Positions 52,058-59,636 of a DNA stretch of 64,000 nt are shown in pieces (position 1 is the first letter of the stretch; every line of letters starts with the position of its first letter). The notes under the pieces were generated by a model. It saw only the letters and a program-made list of their open reading frames with translations. It ran no database searches and was not told the origin of the DNA. The stretch covers positions 59,312 through 123,311 of the forward strand of contig JBHIAH010000002.1 of the NCBI GenBank assembly GCA_046758505.1, written 5' to 3'. Position numbers and translations under genes: made by a program. This DNA comes from Candidatus Methylomirabilales bacterium. GTDB lineage: Bacteria > Methylomirabilota > Methylomirabilia > Methylomirabilales > CSP1-5.

Positions 52058-52407
52058 GCCGCTCCCCCCTGGCTGTGTTTGTCCAGCCGTGCCTCGTGCG
52101 GCGAATGGCTAGTGATGGGCCAGCGACGGCATACGCAACGCGGGCGCCACGAGACCGGGGCGGGAACATGTCGATGTTCCTCTGAACGATCCCGCGACCG
52201 GCGGAAAGGGTCTTGTTAGCCTTCCTCCCTTCGCCTGTTACCACCGTACCCGAACTTCCCCGAAGGGTCAATGTTTGGGTGGGAGAAAGGCCTTGACAAG
52301 GCGGGAACGGGTTCAGTAAGAAGGACCCGAGCGATCGTCGTGCCCTCTCCGATCAGGATCGCTCGTTGCTTTCTCGCCCGCCAGCATCCCTGGAGGGGAG
52401 GAAAGCC

Positions 52408-52896
52408 ATGCCCAGGGCCCTGAAGATCATCCCCGAAAAGTGCACCGGATGCATGCAGTGTGAACTGGCCTGCTCCTGGGTGCAGACCGGGACCTTCCGC
52501 CCGTCGCGTTCGGTCATTCGGGTGAACGTCTTTGATGAGCAGGCGAGCTATGCCCCTTACACCTGTTTTCAGTGTGAGGAGGCCTGGTGCATGACCGCCT
52601 GCCCGGTCAACGCGATCGCGATCAATCCCGATACGGGCGCCAAGGTCGTCCTGGAGAAGGTCTGCGTGGGGTGCAGCCTGTGTGTCATCGCGTGTCCCTT
52701 CGGGACCATCTTCTGGAATCCCGACACCCACAAGGCCTTCAAGTGCAACCTGTGCGACGCCGACCCGGCCTGCGCCCGGGCCTGCCCGACCGGGGCGATC
52801 GAGTTTGCTGAGCTGCCGGCCGCCGACTGGGTGGGGCCATGGGCGGAGCGACTCAACACCGGGTACCTCGAGGCCCTCGCAGGAGGTGAGGCGTGA
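52408..52896 (+). CDS. 4x[4Fe-4S] ferredoxin-type electron-transfer subunit of aldehyde oxidoreductase (AorA-like)
   Basis: Four Cys clusters: CTGCMQCELAC, CFQCEEAWCMTACP, CVGCSLCVIACP and CNLCDADPACARACP. GGAGGGGAGGAAAGCC precedes the ATG at 52408. Stop overlaps the next GTG. Confidence 0.85.
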   Translation: MPRALKIIPEKCTGCMQCELACSWVQTGTFRPSRSVIRVNVFDEQASYAPYTCFQCEEAWCMTACPVNAIAINPDTGAKVVLEKVCVGCSLCVIACPFGTIFWNPDTHKAFKCNLCDADPACARACPTGAIEFAELPAADWVGPWAERLNTGYLEALAGGEA

Positions 52897-54737
52897 TCTA
52901 CGGCTGGAGCGGGACCATCCTCCGGGTCGATCTGACCCACGGCATCATCACGAAGGAACCCCTGAACCGGCAGTGGGCCCGCGATTACGTCGGCGGGCGG
53001 GGGCTGGGGGCCAAATACCTGTATGCGGAGATGGACCCGACCGTGGATCCCCTGGGCCCGGACAACACCCTGATCTTTGCCACCGGTCCCCTCACCGGGA
53101 CCAACGCCTCGTGCGGGGCCCGGTACATGGTGGTGACCAAGGGAGCCCTGACCAACACGATCACCACCTCCAATTCGGGTGGGCACTGGGGACCGGAGCT
53201 GAAGTTCGCCGGCTACGACATGGTCATCCTCGAGGGACGGGCCGCCCGACCCTCTTATCTGTGGATTTATGACGATCAGGTCGAGATCCGACCGGCGGAT
53301 CACCTGCAGGGGAAAACCGTCTGGGACACAGAGGATCTCATCCGGCAGGAGCTGGGGATTCCCGACGCCATCGTCGCCTGCATCGGTCCCGCGGGCGAGA
53401 AGCTGGTGAAGTTTGCCTGCATCATGAATGACAAGCACCGGGCCGCGGGCCGCTCCGGAGTCGGAGCGGTCATGGGGTCCAAGAACCTGAAGGCCATCGC
53501 CGTTCGCGGAACGAAGGGGGTTCGCATCGCCCACCCCGAGGCCTTCATGAAGGCCGTCTGGGCCGCGAAGGCCAAGCTTCGAGCCTCGCCGACGACAGGT
53601 CAGGGCCTCGCCACGTACGGGACCGCCGTCCTCGTCAACGTCATCAACGAGCACGGGGCCTTCCCTACCAACAACCATCAGCTCGCCCAACTGAAAGGGG
53701 CCGACAAGCTGAGCGGCGAGACCCTGACCGAAACCCGCCTCGTAGCCAACAAGGCGTGCTTCGCCTGTACCATCGCCTGCGGGCGGGTTTCCAAGCTTCC
53801 CGAAGACGCCGCGGGCAAACTCCCGGTGACGACCCATCCCCATAACTGGCGGATCGCAGCGGAGGGCCCGGAGTACGAAAACATCTGGGCTCTCGGGGCG
53901 GACTGCGGTGTCACCGATCTGGACGCCGTCATCAAGGCGAATTTCCTTTGCAACGAGCTGGGGATGGATCCGATTTCGATGGGGGCGACCCTGGCCGCCG
54001 CCATGGAACTGTACGAGAAGGGACATGTCAATCTGGGGCACACGGGGGTCCCGCTCACCTTTGGCAGCGGCGAGGCGTTGGTGGCCATGGTGGAGCAGAC
54101 TGCCTACCGGGAGGGTTTCGGCGGGGAGCTCGCCGAGGGATCCAAGCGGCTCGGCGCAAAGTTCGGCGCCCCCCAGTTTTTCATGGGGGTGAAGGGCCAG
54201 GAATTTCCCGCGTACGACAGTCGAGCGATCCAGGGGATGGGGCTCGGGTACGCCACGTCGAACCGGGGCGCCTGCCATTTGAAGGCGTACACCGTCGCTC
54301 CCGAGATCCTGGGCACGCCCAAAAAGATGGACCCGACGACGACCGAGGGGAAGGCGGGGATCACCAAGCTCATGCAGGACGTCACAGCGTCGGTCGACGC
54401 CACGGGATTGTGTCTGTTCCTGACCTTCGGGATCGGTCTCGAGGACATCCTGCCGCAACTCGCGGCGGGAACCGGCATCCCCTACACGATGGAGAGCATC
54501 CTCCAGGCGGGAGAGCGGATCTGGAACCTCGAGCGGATCTGGAACCAGAAGGCCGGCTTCAGCGGCACGGACGATACCCTGCCCACACGGATCCTCCAAG
54601 AGCCGATCCCCAGCGGGCCAAGCAAGGGGCGGGTAAACCGTCTGCACGAGATGCTTCCCGAGTACTACCAACTCCGGGGCTGGACCCCTGATGGCCAGCC
54701 CTCAGCTCAAAAATTGATCGAACTGGGCCTCCTGTAG
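52893..54737 (+). CDS. aor: tungsten-dependent aldehyde:ferredoxin oxidoreductase (AOR family catalytic subunit)
   Basis: GWSGTILRVDLTHGIITKEPL..., YVGGRGLGAKYLY, SNSGGHWG, and KNLKAIAVRG. Confidence 0.9.
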   Translation: MIYGWSGTILRVDLTHGIITKEPLNRQWARDYVGGRGLGAKYLYAEMDPTVDPLGPDNTLIFATGPLTGTNASCGARYMVVTKGALTNTITTSNSGGHWGPELKFAGYDMVILEGRAARPSYLWIYDDQVEIRPADHLQGKTVWDTEDLIRQELGIPDAIVACIGPAGEKLVKFACIMNDKHRAAGRSGVGAVMGSKNLKAIAVRGTKGVRIAHPEAFMKAVWAAKAKLRASPTTGQGLATYGTAVLVNVINEHGAFPTNNHQLAQLKGADKLSGETLTETRLVANKACFACTIACGRVSKLPEDAAGKLPVTTHPHNWRIAAEGPEYENIWALGADCGVTDLDAVIKANFLCNELGMDPISMGATLAAAMELYEKGHVNLGHTGVPLTFGSGEALVAMVEQTAYREGFGGELAEGSKRLGAKFGAPQFFMGVKGQEFPAYDSRAIQGMGLGYATSNRGACHLKAYTVAPEILGTPKKMDPTTTEGKAGITKLMQDVTASVDATGLCLFLTFGIGLEDILPQLAAGTGIPYTMESILQAGERIWNLERIWNQKAGFSGTDDTLPTRILQEPIPSGPSKGRVNRLHEMLPEYYQLRGWTPDGQPSAQKLIELGLL

Positions 54738-54833
54738 AACGTCCAACGTCCGAGGGCCGAAGTCCGACGCGGGGACAAACGATAGAATAACTTTGGACAT
54801 CGGACGTCGAACATCGCACTTCGGACTTCGCTG
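54738..54833. repeat. inverted heptamer arrays filling the aorB-aorC spacer
   Basis: Left 54738-54772: AACGTCC AACGTCC GAGGGCC GAAGTCC GACGCGG. Right 54792-54833: TTTGGAC ATCGGAC GTCGAAC ATCGCAC TTCGGAC TTCGCTG. The right units are the reverse complement of the GTCCGAN word; for example CGAAGTCCGA pairs perfectly with TCGGACTTCG. Confidence 0.85.
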
Positions 54834-54845
54834 AGCGGAGCGACC

Positions 54846-56234
54846 ATGCAGCACGTGATCATCGGGGGCGGGCCGACCGGGATGTACGCCCTCGATACGA
54901 TTCGAAAACTCGACCAGACGGCCGCCATCACCCTGATTTCGGATGAACCGGCGTACGCGCGCATGGCCCTCCCGTATTATCTGGCCCGAGAAATTCCCGA
55001 GGAGCAGCTCATGCTCGGGAACGACCGCTTCTTTCAGGAGATGCGGGTGGAGGCGCGCCTCGGCCGGCGGGTAACCCGCATCGATCCACAGCAAAGGGTG
55101 GTGACCCTGGACGACGCCAGTACGCTTGACTTCGACACCCTCCTGATCGCCACCGGTTCCTCCCCCACCCGGCCCGCCGTCCCGGGGGTCGATGGCCCCG
55201 GAATCAGCACCCTCTGGACCCTGCAAGAGTCCCGGGACGTCTTGACGCGCGCCCGGGAGGGGGCCAAGGTGGTCTTCATTGGGGCGGGGTTCATCGGTTT
55301 CATCGTGCTGAACGCCCTGCATAAGATCGGCTGCCAGCTCTCGGTGATCGAGATCAAAGATCAGATCCTTTCCCGCATGCTCGACCGAGGCTCGGCCGGC
55401 CTGGTAGAGCGGTGGTTGACCACCAAAGGCATCGCGGTCTATACCGGGGCCACCGTGACAGAGATTGGCGACCTTCGGGATGGTCGGAAGGCCATCCGCC
55501 TGAGCGACGGGCGCACCCTCAGCGCGGATCTAGTGATCGTGGCCACCGGGATTCGTCCCAATACCGACCTTGCCCAGGCCGCTGGGATTCAGGTGCATGA
55601 GGGAATCCTGGCCAACGACCGACTCCAGACGAACTTCCCCTTCATCTATGCGGGAGGAGATACGGCGCAGGGGCCCGACCTCTCGACCAGCGGCCAGGCC
55701 ATCCATGCCATCCAGCCCACCTGCGTGGACCACGGCCGGGTGGCAGGCGCCAATATGGCCGGCGCCACGGTCCACTACGCCGGAAGCCTCCTGGTGAACA
55801 TCCTCGATGTCGCGGGGCTGCACTGCAGCAGCTTTGGCCTCTGGCAGGATGAGGGACGCGAGGCCACGGTTCTTCAGAACCCAAACCGCTTCATCCTCCG
55901 AAAGCTCGTCTGGGAGGGGGACCGGATTGTCGGGGCACTCTTCCTCGGCCCGGCGGAGGACAGCGTGATGCTGAACGACCTGGGAATGGTGAAGGGCCTC
56001 ATCCAGACAAAGGTGAGCCTAGGACCATGGAAAGGGCATCTCATGAAATACCCCCTTGATATTCGACGCCCCTACGTCGCCAGTCGGGCGGCTGAAAGGC
56101 TTCTCCAGTCCACGACCGTGGGACGACCCTCCACGGATCTCAGGTTCCGGCACCTGGGGCACACACCCGAGACCCGACCCACGGCGGCCCATCACGTGAT
56201 GATCAGCACGCAACCAAACATGGACCAACCATAG
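54846..56234 (+). CDS. FAD/NAD(P)-binding pyridine nucleotide-disulfide oxidoreductase (AorC-like subunit)
   Basis: MQHVIIGGGPTGMYAL (first dinucleotide fold), VVFIGAGFIGFIVLNAL (second fold), and YAGGDTA. GGAG lies 5 nt before the ATG. Confidence 0.85.
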   Translation: MQHVIIGGGPTGMYALDTIRKLDQTAAITLISDEPAYARMALPYYLAREIPEEQLMLGNDRFFQEMRVEARLGRRVTRIDPQQRVVTLDDASTLDFDTLLIATGSSPTRPAVPGVDGPGISTLWTLQESRDVLTRAREGAKVVFIGAGFIGFIVLNALHKIGCQLSVIEIKDQILSRMLDRGSAGLVERWLTTKGIAVYTGATVTEIGDLRDGRKAIRLSDGRTLSADLVIVATGIRPNTDLAQAAGIQVHEGILANDRLQTNFPFIYAGGDTAQGPDLSTSGQAIHAIQPTCVDHGRVAGANMAGATVHYAGSLLVNILDVAGLHCSSFGLWQDEGREATVLQNPNRFILRKLVWEGDRIVGALFLGPAEDSVMLNDLGMVKGLIQTKVSLGPWKGHLMKYPLDIRRPYVASRAAERLLQSTTVGRPSTDLRFRHLGHTPETRPTAAHHVMISTQPNMDQP

Positions 56235-56268
56235 TCCGAAGTCCAATGTCCGACGTCCGAAGTCAACA
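56234..56268. repeat. heptamer array starting in the aorC stop codon
   Basis: GTCCGAA GTCCAAT GTCCGAC GTCCGAA GTCAACA. Confidence 0.8.
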
Positions 56269-56474
56269 AAGGCGAGGAAGGGGTTCCTTCCGAGGCAGAC
56301 ACCATCTGGCTTGCGTCGGCCGGGGTCCCGCAGCCGGAGCGAAGCGAAGGCTGGGGTGGCCCACACGAACGAATCAAAACGCCTCACCGCGCGTAAGGTT
56401 GCACCTGTGCATTAAGTCCATGGAGAATATGGTGCTGCCGAGGAAGGTCCTTCCAAGCCTTTAGTGAGACAAGC

Positions 56475-57050
56475 ATGAAGATAGAGATCAAGCTGTTCGC
56501 CAATCTGAAAAAGCTCCTCCCCCCCGACGCCGACGGCAACATGGCCACCCTGGAGGTCGAGGAGAGCCTGACGGTGGGAGCACTCCTCGAGCACCTCCAA
56601 GTCCCCACGGAGCTGGCGCAACTCGTCCTGGTCAACGGTGTCAATATCGAGGGGGAGTATGGGCGGGTCCTTCGAGAGGGCGACACGCTAAGCATCTTCC
56701 CCCCGGTCGCCGGCGGGATCGCCTATCCCTACTTCCCGGATCTCGACAACGCGCCGGAGAAGGAGATTACGCGCGGGGTGAAGATCCGGGTAGCCTGGGG
56801 GGACAAGCTCATGCTCTCCCGCGTCATCCTGGAGCCGGGCGCTACCGTCCCAATGCACAGCCATCCCCATGAGCAAGCGGGGATCGTTTTGGAAGGCGAG
56901 TTCGACTTTACGATCGGCACTGAAACCAGGCGAGTGAAGGCAGGAGATGTCTACTTTATTCCGGGGGGTGTGACGCACGGCTGTCTCGCCTGTACCGGAC
57001 GGGCCATCGCCCTCGACATCTTCACTCCCCCACGGGAGGAGTATAAATAG
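56475..57050 (+). CDS. MoaD/ThiS-like ubiquitin-fold domain fused to a cupin domain
   Basis: aa 1-81: MKIEIKLFANL...VLVNGVNIEGEYGRVLREGDTLSIFPPVAGG, a canonical MoaD ending. It continues without a stop into the cupin motifs PMHSHPHEQAGIVLEGEF and GDVYFIPGGVTHG. Confidence 0.8.
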   Translation: MKIEIKLFANLKKLLPPDADGNMATLEVEESLTVGALLEHLQVPTELAQLVLVNGVNIEGEYGRVLREGDTLSIFPPVAGGIAYPYFPDLDNAPEKEITRGVKIRVAWGDKLMLSRVILEPGATVPMHSHPHEQAGIVLEGEFDFTIGTETRRVKAGDVYFIPGGVTHGCLACTGRAIALDIFTPPREEYK

Positions 57051-57321
57051 GTAGGGCAGAGGGTCTCCCCTCGCCGGCACACCCGTGGGAGCGGTCACTT
57101 CGCTCGCCAATCTCTCCCTCCTCTGGCTCACCCCTTGCATTCATAACCCTGCGATCGCCGTACTCGTGAGCCGTGGCCCCGGTTGGCGGAGCATTGGGCG
57201 CTGACCACACGGGGTGGCGGGGCTCTTGCACCGCCGGGAAAAGGGATGTAGGTTCCCCAGACAAGGTCCAGGGGGGTGCCGGGCACCCCCTCAGAATGCC
57301 GGGTGAAGTGTGGGAGGACGG

Positions 57322-57930
57322 ATGCTCGACCTGAATGCGCTGATCAGCCATTGGGGATACCTAGCCATCTTTTTCGGAATCATCCTCGGCAACGTGGGAC
57401 TTCCCATTCCGGAAGAGACGGTCCTCGTTCTCGCTGGATTCCTCGCCTGGGGTGGTAGGTTCCGGCTGCCGCTGGTCCTCGCGATCGGCATCGTGGGCGC
57501 AGTGGCTGGCGACAATATGGGGTACTGGGCCGGCCGACGCTATGGGCTGGCGGTGCTCAAGCGGTACGGCAGCCGGCTCTACGTCACGGCGGACCGATTC
57601 GAGAGGATGCAGCGCATCGTCAAGCGATACGGCCCCTCCGGGGTGTTCGTCTCACGATTTCTCCCGGGGCTCCGCTTCATGGCCGGCCCGCTCGCCGGGA
57701 CCACCGGACTACCATTTTTCTCCTTCTTTGTCTCGAATGTCCTCGGCGCGATCGTGTACGCGCCGACGATGGTGGGGCTCGGCTATGCCATCGGTTACGG
57801 ACTTGGCCAGTACGTCGAGCGGTTTCAGCAGGTCGTGCGGCAGACCGAACACATCCTGCTGCTCGGCGTGATCGTCCTCACCGTGATGCTTCTCGGCTGG
57901 CGGGCCTTCCGTTCCCGCACACACGCCTGA
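57322..57930 (+). CDS. DedA family inner-membrane protein
   Basis: GYLAIFFGIILGNVGLPIPEETVLVLAGFLA, GDNMGYWAGRRYG, and VFVSRFLPGLRF. Confidence 0.85.
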   Translation: MLDLNALISHWGYLAIFFGIILGNVGLPIPEETVLVLAGFLAWGGRFRLPLVLAIGIVGAVAGDNMGYWAGRRYGLAVLKRYGSRLYVTADRFERMQRIVKRYGPSGVFVSRFLPGLRFMAGPLAGTTGLPFFSFFVSNVLGAIVYAPTMVGLGYAIGYGLGQYVERFQQVVRQTEHILLLGVIVLTVMLLGWRAFRSRTHA

Positions 57931-57937
57931 CTCGAAC

Positions 57938-58122
57938 CAGCTGCCAGTTGTCAGCCGTCCGCTGTCAGCAGAGGAGATGCTGGGAAGCGAGGATGCTAGA
58001 AAGCTTGGATGCTGGGAGGGAGTCTGTTGTCAGGCTCCCCCGTCCCCACACGCCCGGCCTACTAGCCTTCTAGCGTTCCAGCCTGCTAGCCGCCTATTGC
58101 TGACTGCTGACAGCCGACAGCT
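57938..58122. repeat. nested inverted repeat arrays between convergent dedA and the NxxGxxAF gene
   Basis: Outer arms: CAGCTGC CAGTTGT CAGCCGT CCGCTGT CAGCAG (57938-57971) versus TTGCTGACTGCTGACAGCCGACAGCT (58097-58122). CTGCTGACAGC is shared as a perfect complement, and 17 of 19 nt match when extended. Inner arms: GCTGGGAA GCGAGGAT GCTAGAAA GCTTGGAT GCTGGGAG (57979-58018) versus CTACTAGC CTTCTAGC GTTCCAGC CTGCTAGC (58059-58090). Confidence 0.85.
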
Positions 58123-59320
58123 ATCTCGCGGTGGGGACGGCAAGGAAGAGACCGGAGGCAGCCCGGCCACCCTCGACAGTACCCGCAAACGCCACGGTGC
58201 CGTCGGGGCCGACTTCCGGATCGATCACATTGGTAAAACGTCCCCCCAGCGGAGTCGGGTCCCCGACCCGGACGACCGGCATCAAGGTTGCTTTCGTGGC
58301 GAGGAAGATTCCGGCACTCGCCTCTCCCCGCGAAATTGTCGCTTCAAAGGCGACGGTACCGCTTTGATTGAACGAGTACGTCAGGCCGATAAAAGAGAGC
58401 TGCCCCCCGCCCGGCACGGGATCTCCCCGTGCCGCTATCTTTTTGATGGACCCGTCCGAGGCCAGGAAGAGGCCCGCGGGGGCTCGAGCCCCCTCGAGCG
58501 AGGCCCAAAAGACCACCTCCCCATGATCGTTCAGCATCGGGAGGGCCAGGTCCTTGAAGGTCCCCCCGAGGGGGGACGGATCTCCCACGGCAACCACTGT
58601 CTGCACACCTGACTTCGGACCCACAAAGATTCCCGAAGGGGCCCTGCCGCGATGCACTCTGCCTTCAAAGACCATCTCCCCCCGGTTGTTCATCGACAGG
58701 TCGACAAACTCACCGAATCGACCGCCGACCGACGTGGGATCACCAGCCCCCACCACCTTTTCAAGGACGCCCGCCGAGGCGAAGAAGAGAGCCCTGGGCA
58801 CCTTGCCGCGCTCCACGCGACCCACAAAGGCAATGGCATCGGCGCAATTGAGCACCACCTGGCCGAGCTCCCGGAGGACACCGCCACCCGGGGCAGCGTC
58901 ATTCACCGCCACCACCTTCTTCAGACTGTTTCCCCCCCTGAAGTAAATCGCCTGGGGAACCCCGCCCGCCGCCGAGCCGACGAAGGCCACATTCCCCCGC
59001 CGATTCAGGGCCGTGGAACTCAGATCGATAAACGTCCCCCCCAGGGGAGAGGAATCGCCTATGGCGACGACCCGAGTGAGGGAAACGCCTCGCGCCACGT
59101 AGACCCCATGAAACGGTTCATCCTTCTTTTTCACCAAGGCATCAAACAGAATCGCGCCGGTGTTCGCCACGGGGTCAAAATGCGTAAAGGTCCCTCCCTG
59201 AGGCGCCCCGTCCCCCGCGGCCACCACCTTCAGGATGGTAAACGCGGCGGGCTCGGCCGAGCCCACCCCGAACAGGAATAGTAGTAAGGCAGCGACAAAG
59301 GCTCTCCGTAGCACCCTCAC
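58121..59320 (-). CDS. secreted tandem-repeat protein (NxxGxxAF-type repeats, probable beta-propeller)
   Basis: Signal peptide MRVLRRAFVAALLLFLFGVGSA. About eight repeats of roughly 48 aa with the pattern VVA-GD--P-GG-F------N--G-VAF------G---G-F. Confidence 0.75.
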   Translation of the reverse strand: MRVLRRAFVAALLLFLFGVGSAEPAAFTILKVVAAGDGAPQGGTFTHFDPVANTGAILFDALVKKKDEPFHGVYVARGVSLTRVVAIGDSSPLGGTFIDLSSTALNRRGNVAFVGSAAGGVPQAIYFRGGNSLKKVVAVNDAAPGGGVLRELGQVVLNCADAIAFVGRVERGKVPRALFFASAGVLEKVVGAGDPTSVGGRFGEFVDLSMNNRGEMVFEGRVHRGRAPSGIFVGPKSGVQTVVAVGDPSPLGGTFKDLALPMLNDHGEVVFWASLEGARAPAGLFLASDGSIKKIAARGDPVPGGGQLSFIGLTYSFNQSGTVAFEATISRGEASAGIFLATKATLMPVVRVGDPTPLGGRFTNVIDPEVGPDGTVAFAGTVEGGRAASGLFLAVPTAR

Positions 59321-59377
59321 CAGACTCTCCTCCCTCTCATGCCCGACTAACCCTGGCCGATGACCGGAAACCGCCTC

Positions 59378-59636
59378 GGTTCATGGTTCATAGTTTATGG
59401 TTCATGACCAACAGTTCACGGTGGATGATTCATGGTTCATGGTGGTGCTCGGAGTATAAGTCTATGAACTCTGAACCTTCAATCCTGAACTCCCTACCAC
59501 CATTCACTAGTCACCAGCCACCACTCACCCGCCACGAGTCACCTGCCGACAGACGACTGGTGACCGCAGACCGACGACTGACTTTGGACGTTGGACTTTG
59601 GACCCTCACGGTGAACCGTGAACTATGAACCGTGAA
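59378..59636. repeat. 259-nt mosaic of 37 phase-locked heptanucleotides
   Basis: Stepping by 7 from 59378: GGTTCAT GGTTCAT AGTTTAT GGTTCAT GACCAAC AGTTCAC GGTGGAT GATTCAT GGTTCAT GGTGGTG ... CTATGAA CTCTGAA CCTTCAA TCCTGAA ... TCACCAG CCACCAC TCACCCG CCACGAG TCACCTG CCGACAG ACGACTG GTGACCG CAGACCG ACGACTG ACTTTGG ACGTTGG ACTTTGG ACCCTCA CGGTGAA CCGTGAA CTATGAA CCGTGAA. No register slip. Confidence 0.9.

Noticed and set aside
52354-52370. Possible sigma54 promoter (caGGatcgctcgtTGCt) upstream of aorA.
   Set aside because: Only the GG and GC dinucleotides at correct spacing plus TTGC match. The -24 element is poor, and no enhancer-binding-protein gene is adjacent.
59383-59628. 81-aa ORF (MVHSLWFMTNSSRWMIHGSWW...), and the 108-aa ORF 60581..60907.
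   Set aside because: Both are read-through of the heptamer arrays. The 7-nt periodicity produces repetitive peptides in all frames, and there is no SD.
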